DNA of 64,000 nt from Longimicrobiales bacterium (lineage in GTDB: Bacteria > Gemmatimonadota > Gemmatimonadetes > Longimicrobiales > Gaopeijiaceae): assembly GCA_965248195.1 (NCBI GenBank), contig CBDFIQ010000002.1, positions 2,464,001 through 2,528,000 on the forward strand. The letters are read 5' to 3'. A program made the translations under genes and the position numbers. Below the pieces are notes generated by a model. That model saw only the letters and a list, made by a program, of their open reading frames with translations, had not been told where the DNA came from and did no database searches. This document shows, one piece after another, positions 1 through 12,007 of the stretch; positions within the stretch are counted from its first letter, which is position 1, and every line of letters starts with the position of its first letter.

Positions 1-293
1 CTGTCCATCTCTCCCGGCTGGACATGCACCCGTTCAAGCATGCCAATCGCCCGAAGCCGGTCCTCGACCTCGTCCAAAAGGGTAGGGTCGTCTTCGACCC
101 CCGAGCCATGCACATCGTACTCGCGCACGAAGTGCTCCAGCGTGACCGCTAATCCCGAGGGAACGACCAGGACTTCATCGCCCTCCTTCATGTCGGTGAG
201 AAGGGCAATTTGACGGCAAAGGGCGATGCCGCCGGGGGGGAACAACGGTCGGCGGCTCAGGTGGACCAGGTCGAGCATGGAAGGAATCTTCAT
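1..293 (-). CDS. Class I SAM-dependent methyltransferase-like protein, N-terminal part (runs off window start)
   Basis: Manual translation from ATG 293: MKIPSMLDLVHLSRRPLFPPGGIALCRQIALLTDMKEGDEVLVVPSG..., a PGG motif plus degenerate motif I. Alternative ATG at 329. Confidence 0.55.
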   Translation of the reverse strand, partial: MKIPSMLDLVHLSRRPLFPPGGIALCRQIALLTDMKEGDEVLVVPSGLAVTLEHFVREYDVHGSGVEDDPTLLDEVEDRLRAIGMLERVHVQPGEMD

Positions 294-380
294 GTCGGCG
301 CGGGCGCCACCATGGGTCTCGGCGAGCATGTCGGAAAGTAGGCCGGCTCGCGTCCGGAGGCCAACGAGCGGGGGAGGCGC

Positions 381-902
381 CTAAAAGACCGGCTCTTCCG
401 CCGAATCCATCTCCCGCAGGGCCTCCCGCAGGCGATCCTCTTCCTCCGAGGACAACTCGGTGTTCGCTGTTTCCTCGGGCGGGGCGGACCGACGCATGTA
501 TCGTAGGGTGGCCACAACGATCAGCATGCCCAGGATGATCGCGGCCGGCGGAACGAGCCAGGCCAACAGTCCGGCTCCGGACACGGGCGGGTAGGCGAGG
601 TACTCCTCACCGTGACGTGCGAGCATCCAATCGACGAGCTCGTCGGTGGTCCAACCCTCCCGGGCCATCGCCTGCATACTGTCGCGGAGCAACGCCCCCG
701 TGTAGGAAGTGCAGACTTCGAGCATTTGACCGGGGCAATACGGGGACTTGAGCCGGGAAATTGCTTCGTCCGCGGCGGGATGCGGTTCGAGTGGCCCCCG
801 CAACGCCTCGCTCGGGCCCTGGGCTCCGAGTGGCTGTGCCTGAGTCGCCATGACCAGCGCGGCTAGACACCCCAGATTCCGTATCGTCTTGAGCATCTCC
901 AT
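381..902 (-). CDS. ccmH: Cytochrome c-type biogenesis protein CcmH/NrfF-like
   Basis: Signal peptide, LKSPYCPGQML (variant of LRCxxC), RHGEEYLAYPP, C-terminal TM helix (WLVP...). Confidence 0.75.
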   Translation of the reverse strand: MEMLKTIRNLGCLAALVMATQAQPLGAQGPSEALRGPLEPHPAADEAISRLKSPYCPGQMLEVCTSYTGALLRDSMQAMAREGWTTDELVDWMLARHGEEYLAYPPVSGAGLLAWLVPPAAIILGMLIVVATLRYMRRSAPPEETANTELSSEEEDRLREALREMDSAEEPVF

Positions 903-1118
903 AACTAGGGCCCTTCACACGTCACGAGGCGTGCCGTACAAGAATTTGATCGTGTCGGACACTCTTTGCGGTGCCGTCTAATCTTAACCCGGAGACAAGA
1001 ATATGAGCCACCCATCAGAAATGGTGTGAGCCGGTTCTCCGGGGAAACGACGCAGCGGGCAGGCGTCGCGATAGCTCTTGCCGCCGCGGCACTTTTTTTG
1101 CCGCACCCGCCCTCCGGA

Positions 1119-1682
1119 TTAGCCTAGGAACCAGCCCAGGAACCGGATATCATCCTCGTCCACATCGTCATCATCATCATCATCGTCATCGTCATCGTCG
1201 TCATCGTCGTCGTCATCGTCATCATCGCCCACCGTGAAGATGAGAACCTGACCGTATCCTTGAATGGCCACCAGCTCCGAGGGCCGAGAGTCAATCGGGA
1301 TCAGATAGTAGGGTCCGTACCGGAGGACGGCCCACTCTTGGCTGGAGCGTGGGACTCGGGGCCCCGCTAGAAGCTGGTCGTTCATAATCCGAAACGCCGC
1401 ATCCACCATCGGCTCGCAAACGCCCGGTCGCTCGACGACGTGGATTGGCTCACCGGGTGAGACCCTCTTTATCCCCAAGTCCGCACGGTCGGCCGTCGGA
1501 TCCTGCTCATCCGACGTCAACAAGGGAGCGTAGTGTTCCAGCGCGAACATTCGTTCGGAATCGTCGAGGGGCCCGCATGGCCTACCTGTCGAGCTGGGTC
1601 CGTCCGCTCGCTGCCCCACAGCGACCGCCGGGGTCCAGGCGAAGCCCGATACACACAGGGCCGAAACTGCAAGAAGCTTCAT
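1119..1682 (-). CDS. Secreted hypothetical protein with 21-Asp tract; putative partner/immunity of the upstream JAB protein
   Basis: ATG at 1682 overlaps the upstream TGA (ATGA). Signal peptide MKLLAVSALCVSGFAWTPAVA. The longer ORF-track extension overlaps the upstream gene. Confidence 0.7.
   Translation of the reverse strand: MKLLAVSALCVSGFAWTPAVAVGQRADGPSSTGRPCGPLDDSERMFALEHYAPLLTSDEQDPTADRADLGIKRVSPGEPIHVVERPGVCEPMVDAAFRIMNDQLLAGPRVPRSSQEWAVLRYGPYYLIPIDSRPSELVAIQGYGQVLIFTVGDDDDDDDDDDDDDDDDDDDDDVDEDDIRFLGWFLG
1164..1226 (-). repeat. (GAY)21 trinucleotide repeat encoding poly-Asp
   Basis: 63 nt of mixed GAT/GAC codons read directly. Confidence 0.95.
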
Positions 1683-2806
1683 TGGGTAATGCATGCCTCG
1701 GCCCCTTTCCTTAGCTCGAAATCGTCCCGGTTGGCAAGGCCGGTCTGGCCGAAGGGCCCTTTCCGCTCCCACCGGTAGACCCGGTCCGGGGACATCATGT
1801 ACCCTGGCCATTCCGCGGCGCCTCTCTGCCAGTCCCTGAGGTCCAGTCGGCTCGGCCCCGTACGGAACCGCAGCCTGGGTTCCGAGATTGGCTGGACGTC
1901 GAACGTTCCATCGGGTCTTGGGAGCCAGCGGTTGCATGTGCCTGGATTCGATCGGATACCTCGGTGCACAGGGTGGGTGTGAATCTGGCCGAGAATGGTC
2001 CCACCTCCGTCGGTGATTTCCTTCTGGTAGCCTGGGTCCCACGGTGTCACGCATAGCTCAGGTTCACCTCCCGCCATCCCGTCAGGCGTGAAGTACCGGT
2101 GCTCGAGGAATTCGATCGAGCCGTCGGGTTGCTCTACAATATACCCTCCCCTCTCCAATCGGTTCGGGAACGGCTCGTCGAAGTTGCTGAGATCTGCTAG
2201 GTCGCTGAGGATCTTCTGGACCGCGGGATCGAGCAGTAAAGGGTCGTCAACCTCCTCGTCGAACATCGTGCAGAAGTCCGCACCCGTAACTGTGAACACG
2301 AGATCATTAAAGTCATCATCAGTACTATCCTCGAACCTCAGGGTCCACGCCGGGAAGTCGCCCGAAACCCGGATGGCCCCGGGGTGTCGGGTCCCGGGCC
2401 TGAAAAGGAAGACGATGGCGGTTCCCGCTGGAAAGGGACCATCGAATGGCCAGGTCTGGGGAAAGGCGGCCTGGCACGCACTGGTGAGGAGCACCTGGAA
2501 AACCGGACTTGTGAGGGTGACCCGGTTCCCCACAGCTGCGCACTTTGAGTCTACGAACTCCACGGTGAAGCCAGACTCCACGGGGAGCACAATGGATATC
2601 GCCGCAATTCTGGTCGTCGTGATCGGGGAGCCGTCGGACCCGATCTGCGGAAGACTGTCGGCCCGGGTGTTGATTATTGGTTCCGGCCCTTCTGGAGCGG
2701 TGATCAGATTACCCGCGGGCTCCTCCGAACACGCGGCTGTCCACACCGCGACAAGAAACGTGACGAGCCGTCCGATGCAGGGAGGCCGTGAACGGTAGGA
2801 TGGCAA
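1679..2806 (-). CDS. Lipoprotein with acidic Ca-binding-like motif and C-terminal JAB/MPN-type (DUF4329-like) metallo-domain
   Basis: GGAGG RBS + TTG; lipobox VWTAAC; FEDSTDDDFNDLVF; ERGGYI...IHTHP...GPSRLD (E...HxH...SxxD). Confidence 0.7.
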   Translation of the reverse strand: MPSYRSRPPCIGRLVTFLVAVWTAACSEEPAGNLITAPEGPEPIINTRADSLPQIGSDGSPITTTRIAAISIVLPVESGFTVEFVDSKCAAVGNRVTLTSPVFQVLLTSACQAAFPQTWPFDGPFPAGTAIVFLFRPGTRHPGAIRVSGDFPAWTLRFEDSTDDDFNDLVFTVTGADFCTMFDEEVDDPLLLDPAVQKILSDLADLSNFDEPFPNRLERGGYIVEQPDGSIEFLEHRYFTPDGMAGGEPELCVTPWDPGYQKEITDGGGTILGQIHTHPVHRGIRSNPGTCNRWLPRPDGTFDVQPISEPRLRFRTGPSRLDLRDWQRGAAEWPGYMMSPDRVYRWERKGPFGQTGLANRDDFELRKGAEACITQ

Positions 2807-2881
2807 TTTTCCTCCCTCGAAAGGGCAAGACAGCGAGACAGCCTACAGTGGAGCCTCGGAAGGCTAGAGGGCTGTACTCCT

Positions 2882-3926
2882 TCAACAGCCTTCTAGGTCG
2901 ATCCCCGCCAGTCCCCGCAGGACAGCCGCTGCGCCCAGGCCGGTCCGGACAGGATCGTAGCCACCCTCCAGCGCAGCCACCACCCCCACTCGGGGCGCAT
3001 CGTCGGCCATGGGCTCTCTGGCCTCACCCTCTCTGGCCTCACCCTCTCTGGCTCCAGGCGCACGGGCCGCACTCGCCATCACCTCCAGCGTGAGCGCGTG
3101 AAGATCTTCGGGCTCCAGGAGCATCCCTCCCAAGGGATCGCCGGCCATTACGTCGAAGCCTGCCGAAATCAGGATGAAGTCCGGCTGGCAGGTCTCCAGA
3201 CCCTGGCTCAGCGCGTCGGAGAACTGCTGCGAGTATTCGGCCACCGAGGTGCCCGCCGGCAGCGGAACATTGAGCGTCCAGCCCGCTCCCTCGCCCACGC
3301 CGGTCTCGCTCGCCGCGCCGGTGCCCGGATAATGGGGGGACTGATGCAGCGACAAGTAGAACACGGTCCCGTCGGCGTAAAACGTGTCTTGCGTGCCGTT
3401 TCCATGGTGAACGTCCCAGTCCACGATAAGCACACGCTCGGCGCGGCCGGTCTCCTGCAGCCACCGGGCGGCGACGGCCACGTGGTTGATCAAGCAGAAG
3501 CCCATGGCGCGGTCCGGCGTGGCATGATGTCCCGGAGGCCGCGTCGCCACGAACGCGGAGGACAACGTTCCGTCCGCAACCTGCCCCGCCGCGGTAAGGA
3601 GTGCCGCCGTGGACCCGGTGGCCGCGCCCCACGAGGCGGCTGACACGATCGTGTCGGCGTCGAGCGAGACCGAGGCCCCTTCCTTCTCGGCTCGTTCCAC
3701 GGCCGTGCGAAGCAGCGCCAGGTATCCCCGCGCGTGAACTCGAAGAAGATCCTCTTCGGTTACCTGCCCGGGCTCGACTTGCACGACCCTCTCGTGCAGC
3801 GCCAACAGATCACGGCCTACGGCGGAGGCAAGGGCGCGGAGCCGGCCCTGATGCTCCGGATGCCCCCAACCGGTATCGTGGAGCGGTGCTTCTGGATGAA
3901 GAAGAAACCCCACCGGGCCGGCGGAG

Positions 3927-3934
<8 letters not shown>
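2882..3934 (-). CDS. Histone deacetylase family (AcuC/AphA-like) amidohydrolase
   Basis: [34 protein letters not shown] motifs; GTG start at 3934 overlaps carB stop. Confidence 0.92.
3014..3052. repeat. 15-bp tandem repeat (ctctctggcctcacc x2.6) inside the HDAC gene
   Basis: Encodes [14 protein letters not shown] insertion near the C-terminus. Confidence 0.85.
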
Positions 3935-7265
<3,331 letters not shown>

Positions 7266-7451
7266 CGGAAAATACGGGGGGCTGCAGGCCGATGATTCGG
7301 CTGATCCACGGTGTGTAAAGCGGAGCAGACATCACGGCGAAAGGTACCGCAAAGAGCACGTCGGGCAAGCGCTTCCGGGTGCCCGCTGAAGAGGTGGGGC
7401 CAGCCGCCATCCGTGCGACCGCACGGGTACCGGGGAGCGCCACGCAGCCCC

Positions 7452-7562
7452 TCAATCTCCCTTGTCGGACTCCTTACGCACTGCGGTGAACAGGGCCAGG
7501 GAAAATCCGCCCCAAACGAACCCGAGAACGAGCACCATCGTGACTACGGTAGAAGTCGTCAT
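7452..7562 (-). CDS. MetS-family NSS transporter small subunit (36 aa)
   Basis: MTTSTVVTMVLVLGFVWGGFSLALFTAVRKESDKGD: single TM with WGG motif and AxRKE tail. Confidence 0.75.
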   Translation of the reverse strand: MTTSTVVTMVLVLGFVWGGFSLALFTAVRKESDKGD

Positions 7563-7656
7563 GAAGGCATTCTCCGAGGGAGAGACACTGAGCACAAGGA
7601 GGCCCCGGTGTGGCGTCCCAGATGCACGCGATCCGTGCTGAGGGTGGAAGCGGCGG

Positions 7657-8037
7657 TCATCGAGCAAGCTCGACGGTGATCCCACTGAGGTCGGTGATCG
7701 GCGCGTTGTTATCGTCCACGGCCTCGACGGTCGTTACGGTCAGCCCGGGACGCCGCACGTCGTCCATGGCCACACGAAAACGGATTCGGTCCGGGTTGCC
7801 CGCGACCAGCACGACCCGGTAGACGTCGGTCTCCGGCTTCGCGAAGAAGACCCGCGTCTGGCCGGCGTCCGTGACATCCCGGATACCGGGCCCACTGATC
7901 TCGAGAACGATCGCACCCACGCGGCTCGCCCCGGACGTTACGATGCCCCTGAGTTGGCCTGGACCTCTCGGTCCCCAATCGCAGGCGCTGAGCGTCAGCG
8001 CGACAGCCATGCAGGTGACCAGCCGTACGCACCTCAT
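7657..8037 (-). CDS. Hypothetical lipoprotein coupled to the M6 protease
   Basis: Lipobox LTLSAC; ATGA overlap with upstream gene. Confidence 0.7.
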   Translation of the reverse strand: MRCVRLVTCMAVALTLSACDWGPRGPGQLRGIVTSGASRVGAIVLEISGPGIRDVTDAGQTRVFFAKPETDVYRVVLVAGNPDRIRFRVAMDDVRRPGLTVTTVEAVDDNNAPITDLSGITVELAR

Positions 8038-10610
8038 CGCTGAGTCCCCCCGAAGAGGGGAATCACTATCGGGTCCGGAGGCGCCAGGACCCGGGCCCGC
8101 GACCCCGCCGGTCCGATCACTGGATGGTTCGGATTACCCAGAACCCATGCACGAAAATCGCCCAAATCGTAGGCCCCGTCGCCGTCGCCCTGGAGGTCGA
8201 GGAAGGTCTCGAGCGCGAGGTTCCCCATCCCCACGCCCAAGAACGGCTCCGCCATGACCTGAAGCCCGACCTCCGGAGGCCCAACTGTGAGGTCGATGTC
8301 GACGGCATCCGTCAGTCCGATGGCGTCTGTAGCCTGGACCGTCACCATGAAATTCCCCATCTCCACAGGCGACCCCCTCAGAGCCCGCTCAGTCCCTGCC
8401 ATGAAGAAAACGCCCGCTGGTAAGCCACTCGTAACCCACACCAGGGGCTCGTTGGCGTTCAAGACCGTGAATCGGATATCCACGTCAGACGCCGCACTGA
8501 CGTCAAACTGTATCCCATCATCCGATGATACGGTGTAGGTGAGGTCGAAGAGGGCTGTGGCGGTATTAGGGGCCGTGACGACCACGGTGGTGGGATTGGG
8601 CTGGCCCAGCAACGCCCCCGCCCACCGGCTGAACACCAACCCGGTACTCGGTTGCGCCCAAACGCTCACGTCGATCGCATCACGGATCCATCCGGGCTCG
8701 GAATCGGGGTTGAGAACCACCACACCCGGCACCACACCCGGGACGGGACTCTCCAAGGTGATATCGAAGCTCACCTCGGAGTTTCCGTAGCTCGCCGTGA
8801 GCGTCGAATCGGCGACCCCCGTCGTCCAGCTCCGGACACGCGGCTGGCCGTCGCTCCACGCCAGGAAGCCGTACCGCAGACCGATACCGTACAAAGCTCC
8901 GCCGCTGGCCTCGAGGGTGTGCCCCTGGAAGGGAGCCGACGTGAAGGGGACCGTCGGCCCGGCAGAGACAGCGCCGTCCACCGTGAAAACACTCCCGGAC
9001 GCGCCGAGACCGGCGGACTGGAGCGTCACGGCCTGGTAGCGCGTGAGCGCCCGAAACTCCATCCGGGTGCCCACCTGCTGTATGTCCAACAGAGTGACTC
9101 CCGCAGCCGTGTTCGTCGGGATACCGTGCAGGCCGTTCAAACCCTTGTAGGTGAAGGAGGACGGCACCGTCCCGGCGTGGAAGGCGGTAGCACCGGAGAC
9201 TCCCGGAAACGGGTCCCCGGCGTCGCCCCGCTGGCCCGCCTGAGCCAGAGAGTTTTCTCCATCCGCCTGCCGAAGCCATACGCCCATGCGGGACGCCGAC
9301 GTGTTCACATGATTGCCGGCCCACGCGCTGTTCACGGCCTCGGTGTCGATCTGCCAGACGAAGAGCCCGGGGGCGGGTAGGCTCACGTCGAAACCGAGGC
9401 GCTGCCGGTTCTCCAACAGGTAGTAGTCCCCACTTCCGTCGCCGGTGTCGATCCTGATGACGTCCCCGGTCGTCTCCGCCGGATCCAGGGCGAGCACACC
9501 GAGGTCCGCGTCCGCCAGCAGCGTGGTGACGTTGGCCCAACCCAGCACTTCCTTGCTCCAGGCCGTCATATGACACGGCACCTCAGCGCCCTGCCCATTA
9601 CAGCCCCAGGGGCCCGTACCCATCAGCCCCCAACGCCCCACGCCCCCGTGATCCGCACCGACAGCATAAAGGTCCGGGAGCCCGAAGCCGTGGCCGAGCT
9701 CGTGCGCGAAGACTCCGATCTCGTTGATCTTCGAGGGATCACACGAAAGAACCGGCTGGATGGTATAGTCGTCGACAAGGATGAACCCGCCGTTTGCCGA
9801 CACGGTCGACGTCGTGAAGACCTGTCCGGCCGAGTCGCGGAGCTGCCAGTAGTGCGACCACACGACACCGGGGCCGCTTCCACCGCACTCGGCGCCCGAG
9901 GTGGGATGCATGACGGCCAGAAGGTCCACGAAGCCGTCGTCATCGCCGGAGTTGGGCATACGATCAGGTCCATCGTTGTCGTACTCGCCCCAGTCGACGC
10001 CTCCGAGGTCCGCGTTCGAGAGGACCTCGACGATGAATTCACCGACGTCGTCGGCCGCGCCGAGGCCGTCGCTGGTCCCGGCGACTTCATCCGAGCTAAG
10101 GCTCGCCTGAAACCAGTCCCGCGTCTCTCCGACGAGCGTGACCAGACCACCCGAAAGCTCCGAGTAGAATTCGGTGATCGTCGCGAATCGACTGTTCGGG
10201 CCGTCGAAGAACTCCTGCTGGACGATGGTCCGGGTGAGGCTCACGCCCGAGGCGGCCCCGACGTCCCCGGTCGGAATCCCAGGCGTGTCGGAGTAGAGAC
10301 CGAGTAGTAAGGGAAACCTGATGGTGCCGGTCACGCTCCCCGCCCGCCGGCCCAAGACGGCTGCTCCTCTCAGCGCCGCGCCGCCGGCTGCCCCCGTAGC
10401 GGCACGCAGCCCCAGCCGGGATCTCCAACCCCTCGTCGGACGGTACGCCCCCGGATTTCGGCCAAGCTCCTCGAAATACGCAGCGGGGGGAGTAGTGCCA
10501 TAGTGCTCGGCGAGCAACTCGACGTCCTGCGCACCGAGCCCGCTGGGGACGAGCCCAACCGTCACCGCGAACGCTGCCATCGTGCGTGTGGCCACCGCGA
10601 ACGGCCTCAA
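8034..10610 (-). CDS. M6 family (immune inhibitor A-like) secreted metalloprotease with Ig-like repeats
   Basis: Signal peptide, IWSH-like VWSH, HELGHGFGLPDLY, YYLLENRQ, GDAGDPFPG, C-terminal DxxGDGxxDLGD. Confidence 0.9.
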   Translation of the reverse strand: MRPFAVATRTMAAFAVTVGLVPSGLGAQDVELLAEHYGTTPPAAYFEELGRNPGAYRPTRGWRSRLGLRAATGAAGGAALRGAAVLGRRAGSVTGTIRFPLLLGLYSDTPGIPTGDVGAASGVSLTRTIVQQEFFDGPNSRFATITEFYSELSGGLVTLVGETRDWFQASLSSDEVAGTSDGLGAADDVGEFIVEVLSNADLGGVDWGEYDNDGPDRMPNSGDDDGFVDLLAVMHPTSGAECGGSGPGVVWSHYWQLRDSAGQVFTTSTVSANGGFILVDDYTIQPVLSCDPSKINEIGVFAHELGHGFGLPDLYAVGADHGGVGRWGLMGTGPWGCNGQGAEVPCHMTAWSKEVLGWANVTTLLADADLGVLALDPAETTGDVIRIDTGDGSGDYYLLENRQRLGFDVSLPAPGLFVWQIDTEAVNSAWAGNHVNTSASRMGVWLRQADGENSLAQAGQRGDAGDPFPGVSGATAFHAGTVPSSFTYKGLNGLHGIPTNTAAGVTLLDIQQVGTRMEFRALTRYQAVTLQSAGLGASGSVFTVDGAVSAGPTVPFTSAPFQGHTLEASGGALYGIGLRYGFLAWSDGQPRVRSWTTGVADSTLTASYGNSEVSFDITLESPVPGVVPGVVVLNPDSEPGWIRDAIDVSVWAQPSTGLVFSRWAGALLGQPNPTTVVVTAPNTATALFDLTYTVSSDDGIQFDVSAASDVDIRFTVLNANEPLVWVTSGLPAGVFFMAGTERALRGSPVEMGNFMVTVQATDAIGLTDAVDIDLTVGPPEVGLQVMAEPFLGVGMGNLALETFLDLQGDGDGAYDLGDFRAWVLGNPNHPVIGPAGSRARVLAPPDPIVIPLFGGTQR

Positions 10611-10724
10611 AAAGCGGTCCGTCTCAAAGAGCAGTCCTTCTCAAAGCGAGGATTTCCTCACAGGGGTGGGCGTCCTTCCACCACGAGTCTCCTCGCGGCA
10701 TGATGGCGCCTCCCCAATCTTCAC

Positions 10725-11315
10725 CTAAAGGCGATCCTCCGCTCGAACTCCCAAAACGTCGGCTATGTTCCGCATCCCGTCGATCACGTTCTGTATGTGC
10801 TCACTACGTTCCATTCCCAGAAGCTCGACACCCCGTGCGACATCGTCCCGGTTCACCCCCGCCGCAAAGGCCTTGTCCTTCAACTTCTTGGTGACCGACT
10901 TGGGCGCGAGGTCGTCGATCCCGTTGGGCCTGACCAGACAACACGCGTACACCAACCCTGAAAGCTCATCACAGGCGAAGAGAACCCGATCGAGCAGTCC
11001 ATCCGGCTCCACCCCCGTGCGGTCGGGCGCGTGTGCCCGAATCGCCTGGAGAATCGCATCGGGGTATCCGAGATCCTCCAGCTCGGCGAGCCCCCGATGC
11101 GGGTGCTCGTCCGGATACCTCTCCCAATCGAGGTCGTGGAGAAGTCCTGCCGTTCCCCAGAGGTCTTCATCCTCACCGTGGATTCGGGCGTAGTGCCGAC
11201 AAGAAGCCTCCACCGCCAGCATGTGTTTTCTCAGACCTTCGTTTTCGACCCAAGTCTCCAGAAGGGTCAGTGCCGAGGCGCGGTCGGGGATCTGTGGGCT
11301 CACGTTCGACTCCAT
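10725..11315 (-). CDS. HD-domain (HDIG) phosphohydrolase
   Basis: LRKHMLAVE, GLLHDLD, ACDELSG, KKLKDKAFAAGVNR. Confidence 0.88.
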   Translation of the reverse strand: MESNVSPQIPDRASALTLLETWVENEGLRKHMLAVEASCRHYARIHGEDEDLWGTAGLLHDLDWERYPDEHPHRGLAELEDLGYPDAILQAIRAHAPDRTGVEPDGLLDRVLFACDELSGLVYACCLVRPNGIDDLAPKSVTKKLKDKAFAAGVNRDDVARGVELLGMERSEHIQNVIDGMRNIADVLGVRAEDRL

Positions 11316-11350
11316 TCCATTCGGTGAATACACCCCGTCGTCCGGTGGTG

Positions 11351-12001
11351 TCAGACCCTCGAGGAGGGACACAGGTGGGACATCACACACGCCTCGCACC
11401 GTGGCCTTCTGGCAATACAAACCTGACGTCCGTGAAATATCAACAAGTGGGACAACAGGGTCCAACGCTCCTCGGGGAACAGCCCCATGAGGTCTCCTTC
11501 GACCTTCTCGGGGGTCTTCTGCTTGGTGAGGGCGAGGAGCGTCGAGAGCCGCTTCACGTGTGTGTCGACGACGACCCCCTCACTGATTCCGAACGCGTTC
11601 CCCAGGATCACGTTCGCGGTCTTTCGCCCCACACCCGGCAGCGCCGTCAACTCCTTCATGGTGCTCGGCACGTCGCCGCCGTGGAGCTCGGTGACGCCTT
11701 GGGCGAAACCGATGATGTTCTTGGTCTTGTTTCGGAAGAATCCGGTGGAGCGGATAATCTCCTCCACCTCCTCCGGTCGGGCGTCGGCGAGGTGGGCGGG
11801 GGTCGGGCACCGCTCGAACAGGACTGGAGTGACCATGTTCACTCGTTCGTCGGTCGTCTGGGCGGAGAGGATGGTCGCCACCCCGAGTTGGTAGGCGTTG
11901 GTATGCGTCAGGGCGCAGCGAGCCTCGGGGTATTCCTTCACCAACAGGTCGAACACCTCGGCGGCACGCTCCGCCCTGGCCACCTTCGACTCCGTCGCCA
12001 T
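11351..12001 (-). CDS. nth: Endonuclease III
   Basis: LSAQTTD, HhH LPGVGRKTA, VDTHV, C-x6-C-x2-C-x5-C 4Fe-4S motif. Confidence 0.97.
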   Translation of the reverse strand: MATESKVARAERAAEVFDLLVKEYPEARCALTHTNAYQLGVATILSAQTTDERVNMVTPVLFERCPTPAHLADARPEEVEEIIRSTGFFRNKTKNIIGFAQGVTELHGGDVPSTMKELTALPGVGRKTANVILGNAFGISEGVVVDTHVKRLSTLLALTKQKTPEKVEGDLMGLFPEERWTLLSHLLIFHGRQVCIARRPRCEACVMSHLCPSSRV

Positions 12002-12007
12002 AATCCT

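Noticed and set aside
1086..1104. GCGGCA-N7-TGCCGC hairpin as terminator
   Set aside because: Short stem with the T run inside the loop and no following U tract; too weak to call
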